Positions 57,043 to 64,000 of a stretch of 64,000 bases of DNA are shown here, one piece after another. The notes under the pieces were generated by a model. That model was not told the origin of the DNA and ran no database searches. It saw nothing but the letters and a program-made list of their open reading frames with translations. The position numbers and the translations under genes were made by a program. Source of the stretch: Folioceros fuciformis (lineage: Eukaryota); the NCBI GenBank assembly GCA_049999805.1, contig JBNGIO010006237.1, positions 163,671 to 227,670 on the forward strand. The letters run 5' to 3'. The number at the start of each line of letters is the position of its first letter. Position 1 is the stretch's first letter.

Positions 57043-59946
57043 ATGGCGAACATGGCAGGCGAGGCATCAGAGGAGTGCTGCGCGGTGTGCGCGGAGCCGC
57101 TGGAGTGGGTGGCCTACGGGCCGTGCGGGCACAGGGATGTGTGCAGCAAGTGCGTGGCTCGGATGCGTGTGGTGCTCAACGACAAGCGGTGCTGCATCTG
57201 CAAGCAGGAGAGCGAGGCTGTTGTGGTGACCCGGGCGGCGGGCGGCTCCATCCTGCGGGGGGAGGAATTTGCGCTTTTGGCAGGCCGGGTGAAGTCGGAG
57301 GGAAATTTGTGGTTCGAGCCCAAGGTTGGGGCGTATGTGGAGGATGAGGAGCAGCTTTGCATGCTGGAGACGCTCAGCCGTATATCGTGTGGCGTGTGTG
57401 AGAATCTGGCCCCCGAGGCGCCTCCGATTCGGGGGGCCGTGGTCCAGGGTTTTGCCTTCTCCCGTTTGGAGGACATGCGGAGACATCTGCAGGCCGTGCA
57501 TAAGCTCGTCATGTGCGATCTGTGTCTGGAAGGGAAGAAGGTTTTTGTGAGCGAGCAGAAAGTGTACACGCGGGCGCAGCTGGATCGGCACTCAGCTAAG
57601 GGGAATTCGCAGGCGGATGGGACAGAAGAGGAGAGGGGAGGTTTTAGTGGCCATCCATTGTGTGGTTTTTGTAAGAAGCGTTTCTATGGGGATAACGAGC
57701 TGTACTCGCATATGGCGCGGGAGCACTTCAAGTGTCATCTGTGTGAGCAGGATAGGCCGGGCCATATTGTTTACTACAACAACTACGGGGATTTGGAAAT
57801 GCATTTCAGGCAGAATCACCTGCTGTGTGAGGATCCTGAGTGCTTGGCCAGGAAATTTGTGGTGTTCACTACTGAGGCAGACTTGAAGTGGCACAACGCC
57901 AGTGCACATGGTGGAAAGATGTCTCGTTCGCAGCGTCAGGCTGCGTTGCAGATCCCTGTCAGTTTTCAGTACAGGCGACCCGAGAGTGACAGGGCCGGGT
58001 CTTCCTTTGCTCGGGATGGTCGGAGACGGGGTCGTGCCGGATATGCTGATGGCGAGGATGGAATGGCGGCTGCAGTGGCCGCTAGTCTGGCTTCGGCTGC
58101 TCCTGAAGTTGCAGGCGAGTCTTCAGGAGAATTTCGACCTAGCTCTACACAACATTCTGCTGCTTCTGCGTCTGCCAGCTCCGCAGGGAACCTCGTGGGT
58201 GCATCTTCTGGATCAGAAGAGTGGGAATCTGAATCTGGAGCATCGAGGTATCGTCAAGCTGTTCATGGTGCTGGTCCCTCCGCTCTTGGTGAATTAGCCT
58301 TTCCCCCGCTGCCTAGTGCCTTTCCCCCTCTCCCACGCGCCTCCAAGAGTGGAGGTCGGAAAGGAAACTCTCAGGAGGCGGGGGGCCGCTCTATAGCTTC
58401 TATACTAGGTGGTGGAAGGTCCAACGTCCGCTTGTTAAACTCCAAGGCATCCAAAAAATCGCAGCAAGGAACTCAAAGGCCTCCTACTCCACAGGCACAC
58501 TCTGCTGTACCTGTGGTTGGGAGTGGAAGTGGTGAGGGTCAGTTGCCTAGGAATGGTGAGCGGCTCTTTCCTGCTGGGGTTCATGGTGGACTGGGTGGAC
58601 ATGGTCCTCCTCGAAATGTTCAACTTCCCACAGTGAAGGTAGTGACGACAACTGGGCCGAGTGGGGTGGAGGCATCCTCCAGTGGACCTGCCTACGGCTC
58701 CAATGGACCTGCCAACGGCTCCAGTGGACCTGCCCACGGCTCCAGTGAACCTGCCCACGGCTGCAGTGGACCTGCCCACGGCTCCAGTGGACCTGCCCAC
58801 GGCTCCAGTGGACCTGCCCACGGCGTCAGTGGACCTGCCAATGGCTTCAGTGGACTCAGGCCGGAGGAAATCCGTGCCAGGAATAAGGTGATGGTGGAGC
58901 AGATTCGGACTGCGCTGAGAGGCAACGACGAGCAATTTGCAGAGTTTAAGAAGGTTTCAAAGGATTGGAGGAACGGGGCCATGAGCTCCGAGGATTTCTG
59001 CTCCTACATTGTCCGGCTGGGACTGTCGCACATTGTTCCAGAGCTTGTGGAACTTTGTCCAGATCAACGGAAGCAGATGGAGCTACGAAATGCGTACAAT
59101 CTTGGTTTACGGTCATCTCCAAATTTGACTTGGAAGAAAGCAGGTAACGCTGAGGGAACATCCTTGGCGGCAGATTCTACGGCAAAAATTGCAGGCAAGG
59201 GGAAACAGGCCATGGACGTGTCAAATGCAAGGCTTTCTGAAGTAGTAGTGTCTGGGTCTTCCTCGCCCTCCAGAGACAGCGTAGGCAAGGGCCCCTTGGA
59301 CGTAGCACCACCGTCACAGCTGTTTCCTCCTTTAAGTGAGATCAACGTTGGGAAGAAGTCATCAGTAGCCTCAACTTCCAACCCTTTCCCTCCGCTAAGA
59401 GAAGGACTTTTTGAGGGGCCAGCTTCGAGTGCCTTTCCTCCATTGACATCCAAAGACAAGTCAGGGCTCCCAGACGATTCAAGTAGTATGCCATCCAACG
59501 GAAGGTCGGAGAGTCAGGTTGGCAGCCACGAGGCATCATCGAGACAGAGTTCTTCAAAGCTCCCAGCGGGACATTCTGCAGGTGCCGAATGGGAGTGTAG
59601 TGTTTGTACGCTTCGAAACCATAGTGACATCACGCACTGTGGCGCATGTGGCTCACGCATGGGTGAGGTTTTGGAGAAAGTTTCAGATGCTGCTAGCCAA
59701 CTAAAGCGGAAGAAGAAGACATCCAAGTTCAATCGCGGCAGATTGGGAGATGGCTCTGCTGCAGCTCTGTTTGGTTCACTGGACTCCAGTCCGGCTGAGC
59801 AGTCTCTATCTCATGAAGTTTCAACTGCAGATGGGAACGGCAGCACAGGAGCATCTTGTCGAGGCGTTTGGAACAATGGCGGAGGGCAAAGACTTGTTAC
59901 AAAGGTTCAAAGGGCAGCTGACGTGGATTCCGCTAGGAACAAATAG
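57043..59946 (+). CDS. ZNF598: ZNF598/Hel2-type RING E3 ligase (ribosome-collision sensor) with C2H2 fingers and a C-terminal RanBP2-type zinc finger, intronless
   Basis: RING CAVC…CGHRDVCSKC…CCICK, GHPLCGFCKKRFY…HMAREHFKCHLC, HFRQNHLLCE, PAH-like helical segment, WECSVCTLRN…CGACG. Confidence 0.93.
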   Translation: MANMAGEASEECCAVCAEPLEWVAYGPCGHRDVCSKCVARMRVVLNDKRCCICKQESEAVVVTRAAGGSILRGEEFALLAGRVKSEGNLWFEPKVGAYVEDEEQLCMLETLSRISCGVCENLAPEAPPIRGAVVQGFAFSRLEDMRRHLQAVHKLVMCDLCLEGKKVFVSEQKVYTRAQLDRHSAKGNSQADGTEEERGGFSGHPLCGFCKKRFYGDNELYSHMAREHFKCHLCEQDRPGHIVYYNNYGDLEMHFRQNHLLCEDPECLARKFVVFTTEADLKWHNASAHGGKMSRSQRQAALQIPVSFQYRRPESDRAGSSFARDGRRRGRAGYADGEDGMAAAVAASLASAAPEVAGESSGEFRPSSTQHSAASASASSAGNLVGASSGSEEWESESGASRYRQAVHGAGPSALGELAFPPLPSAFPPLPRASKSGGRKGNSQEAGGRSIASILGGGRSNVRLLNSKASKKSQQGTQRPPTPQAHSAVPVVGSGSGEGQLPRNGERLFPAGVHGGLGGHGPPRNVQLPTVKVVTTTGPSGVEASSSGPAYGSNGPANGSSGPAHGSSEPAHGCSGPAHGSSGPAHGSSGPAHGVSGPANGFSGLRPEEIRARNKVMVEQIRTALRGNDEQFAEFKKVSKDWRNGAMSSEDFCSYIVRLGLSHIVPELVELCPDQRKQMELRNAYNLGLRSSPNLTWKKAGNAEGTSLAADSTAKIAGKGKQAMDVSNARLSEVVVSGSSSPSRDSVGKGPLDVAPPSQLFPPLSEINVGKKSSVASTSNPFPPLREGLFEGPASSAFPPLTSKDKSGLPDDSSSMPSNGRSESQVGSHEASSRQSSSKLPAGHSAGAEWECSVCTLRNHSDITHCGACGSRMGEVLEKVSDAASQLKRKKKTSKFNRGRLGDGSAAALFGSLDSSPAEQSLSHEVSTADGNGSTGASCRGVWNNGGGQRLVTKVQRAADVDSARNK
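58676..58855 (+). repeat. 21-bp coding tandem repeat (SSGPAHG units, ~8 copies) in ZNF598
   Basis: CCAGTGGACCTGCCCACGGCT units. Confidence 0.95.
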
Positions 59947-61098
59947 CAGTGCTGGTAATTACTTGTGCAGTGTGATTGCAGGCGATGGGTGGCATCATCA
60001 TCATCCAGCAGTCCAGGGGGCCTGTCGGAAGGGCTCGTTGTGAATGTATATACCCGTTGCAAGCCGTGCAACAATTTTTTGGCTCAGGAACTTGGAGAGT
60101 TGGCAGGGCGCAATAGCCGTGGCAACTTTGGCTAGGAAGAACTTAGCTCGGATATTCCTATTCCTGCATGGAGGTCGTTGGCTTAGTACTCGTCATTGCT
60201 AGTTTTACCAGTTTGCGTCGTGGAGCTTTGCTCACTGTAAGCTTCCGGTACGAATGTTTCAAACCAGGCTCCTTGGAAGGCTGATACAGTCAATGTACGG
60301 ATCTTCAAGACTGGAAAGTCAAGCAGATGACTGCTTACGTGGAATTGTACTAATTGTAACACCAGTCTGTATGCCTCGTCTATTTGTTTAGCTGGATCCA
60401 GGGTGGGTTTTTGTGTTCTTCACCTGGATGCATCCTTCCAGGGAATGAGAGTGCTGGACAGTGAAGACGCAATTAGAGAATTTACAAGCAAGCAAGCCTG
60501 ACGTGTAAGCCCATTGGACCAACGGCCCTGGTTTTACGGACAATGGCCTGGATTCTTGCCGGAAAAGAGGCGCAGGACCTGCTGTCCTTCACGAGCTGTC
60601 ATTGGTTGCGCCTATGAATCTGTTCTTGAGCAGTGGTAATAGAAATTCATTTGGGTAGTTTTTGAGAAATGCTTGGAACCAGTGGTGAAAGGTGGATTGT
60701 CAGAAGATAATCTACATCAGCGGGTAATCTCGGGAGGGGTACGACGAGCTTTGAGTCAGAGAAGCCCGCCAAGCCAGTTCGAACTGAACCCAGCCTTGGC
60801 GTAGGTGGCAGACGTTGGAGGTCGCTGTCGCAAGCAACGGTCGTCTTCTTCCGAGTACTGGAAGGTTCAAGACTCCCTCTGCAGCTGCCAACATGATTAC
60901 GGTTCTCTGTGGAGGGTTTCATGCATCCCTCAGGCCTAATTCGCATCCGAGGCGGATTTTCATGGTGCAGGTTTGATGCAGCGGCAGTGGTTGTGCAGAT
61001 TCGGCACTCGTTGTAGAATTAAGTAAATTGGAGCATGCGGTCCCCATTGGAAGAAGTAGCCGAAATTGTTCAGGACTGATTGCTGACGCCAGCTCAGT

Positions 61099-64000
61099 AT
61101 GTCGACTGCCAAGAGCACGCTGCATGCCTACCTCATGAGCAAAGGCCAGTCCGCCACCTACACCACGCAGGCTATTCGAGAACCGACAGGGCCTGGATTG
61201 CCAGGATTGGTGCCTATGCGGACTTCTTTCGTCAGTACCGTAATCTTGCCGGACAGCTCCACGTACACCTCGGGAGCATTTGCACGCAAAAAGGATGCTG
61301 AGCAAGACGCTGCGAGAATTGTTTTGGAGCAGGTTTGCGTCTGGACTCTTACAGCTTGCAGTGTGCCGTGGTCGGGGGAATACTCACGCGCGGATTTGTA
61401 TTTGACTGGGGTGCAGCTAGGTCTCAGCAAAGTGCCAGCTGCAGAGAAGCTCGGGACAGATGAGGAGAAGTGGGCAGCCTTGCGCGAGCGTGTTGTTGCT
61501 TCTTTTGCCGTTCAGGTTCGTTGCGCGGTTTTGCAATGCTGCACTACCACGTTGTGTGAAAGCTGGGTATGGTGTGGTTTGGCTCTCCTTAGGGGTCCAG
61601 CTTGTCTGTGGACGTGCGGAATTTTGGATCCTGTCTTGTCGTTTATGGTTTTCATGAGATGCTCCCCAGCTTCTGTGCAGTATTGTTAACCAGCGTCTTG
61701 GAAATGCAGTGTGTTCTTAGCTACAGACCGCTCATGGAGCATTTCAGGTCATCTATGCGGGTGAAGACTGAGCGAAGGGGGCATTTACCTGCCTCGGCGT
61801 TATCTGCCCTCAATACCAAGATCCTTGGTATTTGCAAGGGCATAGACCCGTCATCAGACTTGAGTCCGGCACGTGTCGTTGCGCTGGTACTTGAAGCAGC
61901 TAAGACATGCCCTACTCTTGATGTACACGAGGACACCCTATGCATTAGCAGAAAGGAGGTTTATGGCTCTCATGTTGAAGTTGAGCTACTCAAGGGAAGG
62001 CATCACAGACCGACACAGGATGACATGCCAACTCAAACAAGTCAGGGACAATTTCTTTTATCACAGGACACCAATCAGTTCGGAGTGGTCTACGTTCCTG
62101 CCTCCCTGGAAAAGATGGTTAAGTCCTTGCAAATTAATCTCGGAGCGGATGAGTATTACATGGATGCATTTGCAGGATTCTTGGGCTCCCAACACTCTGG
62201 TCACGTGCTCATGTCAAGGTGAGCCACCTCCTCCACGCTCAATGATGTTTCTTTCAAAAACTCTCTTACCAGGTCATCTAAGAAGGTTCACATGTGGAGC
62301 TGCAGACCTGTAGCAAAGACAAAAGGAAATAATGGAATACGTCTGTATTGGCAAGTCCCCGCCTCTCTGTTAGAAAGCACGGCGGACTTCCTAGCCGTTG
62401 GAAGCAGGTCCCAGGAATTGTCTCATCAACACCAAAACAACAGAGCAAGCATTCTGACAGGCTATCCTGTGTATGGGGATGCTATTCTGGCATCTGCTGG
62501 CTCTGACTGGAGATCGGAAGGAATATTGAGATGCGATGATGTGACCCTTGCTTGCTATTACAGGTGCCTGCCCTTACTTCATGGTGCTCCTTATCTGCTG
62601 CCTTGCATTGGTATTCACTCTCAAGTTGGCATGATCACATAGTTCTTCTCTGCATGGATTGGTATTCATTTGCCGTGGTTCTTCTGGGCTGAGAGGTTGT
62701 TGTTCTTGAGGCAGGTTGGTATTGGGGAAGTCTCCTGAAGGAAGTTACAAACTTAGCAGAGATGCAGTGCTTGCAGCTGAGCTTCCCTCCACATACACCT
62801 CCAGGAGTCAATGGCACGGAGGATTGCCTCGGTCCATTCTGACTGAGTTCTGCAAGCAGCAGCGTCTGGCAGAGCCTTCCTTTTGGTTCTGTTCTGAAAA
62901 CTCAGATGTACCTCTGGAGGACGTGTTGATGAGTGGCCAAGGGGACAGTAGTGAAACAGACCAAACTAGGATGAGTGGCTCCTTGGACAGTAGTGAAACA
63001 GATCAAACTAGCCCCAGCTTAAATTCAGCTTCTGATGGTCACATGTCTGAGAAAGAGCATCCTGGACCTTTCAAGTGCAAAGTCAGAGTGACATGGAATG
63101 ATGGGACAACCATTGAGCACTCGTCGGAGGGATTTTTCAGGAGTCAGACTGATGCAAGGCACAGTGCATCTTTAAAGGCATTAGTGCAAATGGCATCTCT
63201 GTTCAGCTCCTCTTCGTATCTTTTGGGTTATCATCATCCATTCAGGGTGGTACAGTGGAATCTCAATGGATATAGGTGCTACCCTGAAAGTGGTATGATT
63301 CTCGGAGTTGTAAAGGATTGTAATTCTGAGACAGGTGTACAAATAGTCGATGAGGGTAATTGTACTGGGAAGTTGCCCAGCCCTGGATCTGTGGCCTGTA
63401 TCAACTATACTGTACACATTCAAGCACTGCCTTCTAAAGAGTTTGTGCCAGTTGAGGCATGTGACAATTTTGAGTTTGAACTTGGGACAAATGCTGTGGT
63501 ACCCCAGCTGGAGTTTTGTGTAGCTAATATGAGTGTGGGACAGGCCGCCAGTTTTTTTATCCCGTCTCCTGCCCATGGTCTTTTGCTGGCCGCTTGCGGG
63601 GGTTTAGCTGATGAATCTGGGCATCTTCATACAAGTAAGTCTTTGGGGACAGTACAGGGTTCGATGCCTGGTATAGCTATAGAGTTCCTTTCGGTGATAC
63701 AAAAGGTGGGTGGGCCTAAGGCGATTCTAGAAGTTTTTAGCTTGTCTAGCAACTGACATTCTTCTACCCTGTGCAGGTGGATTGTTGAAATACATGGTGA
63801 AGCTGACGTCATATCAAGAGCCACCTGAGGACAGAATGGAATGTGCACATTTTTCCCCTCCACTTTCAAAGCAGAGGATGGAGTTCGCATTGAAATTGAT
63901 ACAGGCTATAGAGGCAAAATCACTGGTAACGTGACGCCGTAAACCATGCAGATGTGGTTCTGTTTCAGATTCTCTAGACGCCGGTTTTGCGTTAGGTTTC
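61099..64000 (+). CDS. HEN1: Small RNA 2'-O-methyltransferase HEN1, 5' part (continues past the window)
   Basis: dsRBD1 …FARKKDAEQDAA, La-like region, NNRASILTGYPVYGDAILAS, YKLSRDAVLAAELP…WHGGLPR, dsRBD2, FKBP-like FEFELG…MSVGQ, and the start of the MTase domain FSPPLSKQRMEFA. Confidence 0.95.

Overview
Gene-dense nuclear DNA of a non-seed land plant. It is most likely a hornwort, inferred from ~80-130 nt introns, tight gene spacing and PLS-class PPR proteins ending in the WW-type 'KxPGQS(W/C)WTD' box. Reconstructed genes in order: the 3' end of an unknown CDS, a 5-exon putative plastid membrane protein, a COR27/28 homolog with evening elements upstream, a MAGL/caffeoylshikimate-esterase-like hydrolase, a mitochondrial carrier, a VASt-domain tail-anchored protein, EID1 F-box, a germin-like protein, two paralogous head-to-head PLS-E PPR editing-factor genes, eIF2-alpha, GPN2/QQT1 (two U12 introns, one AT-AC), GIGANTEA, shikimate kinase, ZNF598/HEL2 and the 5' part of HEN1. 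Between the two PPR genes lies a ~13 kb repeat/TE island. It holds an AT-rich block, a decayed Ty1/copia element, an unusually long type I MADS-box gene with a Q/H-rich tail, a solo-LTR-like element and a 4x ~270 bp tandem repeat. The most notable observations are the truncated WW-type PPRs (a chimeric S/P repeat and a possible fossil DYW tail), the atypical MADS protein, three light/clock regulators within 46 kb, an in-frame uORF ahead of GI, and a perfect 22-bp intergenic hairpin. I found no CRISPR array, tRNA or rRNA. All family assignments come from motif recognition by eye, not database searches, and I cannot claim a clearly new biological system.
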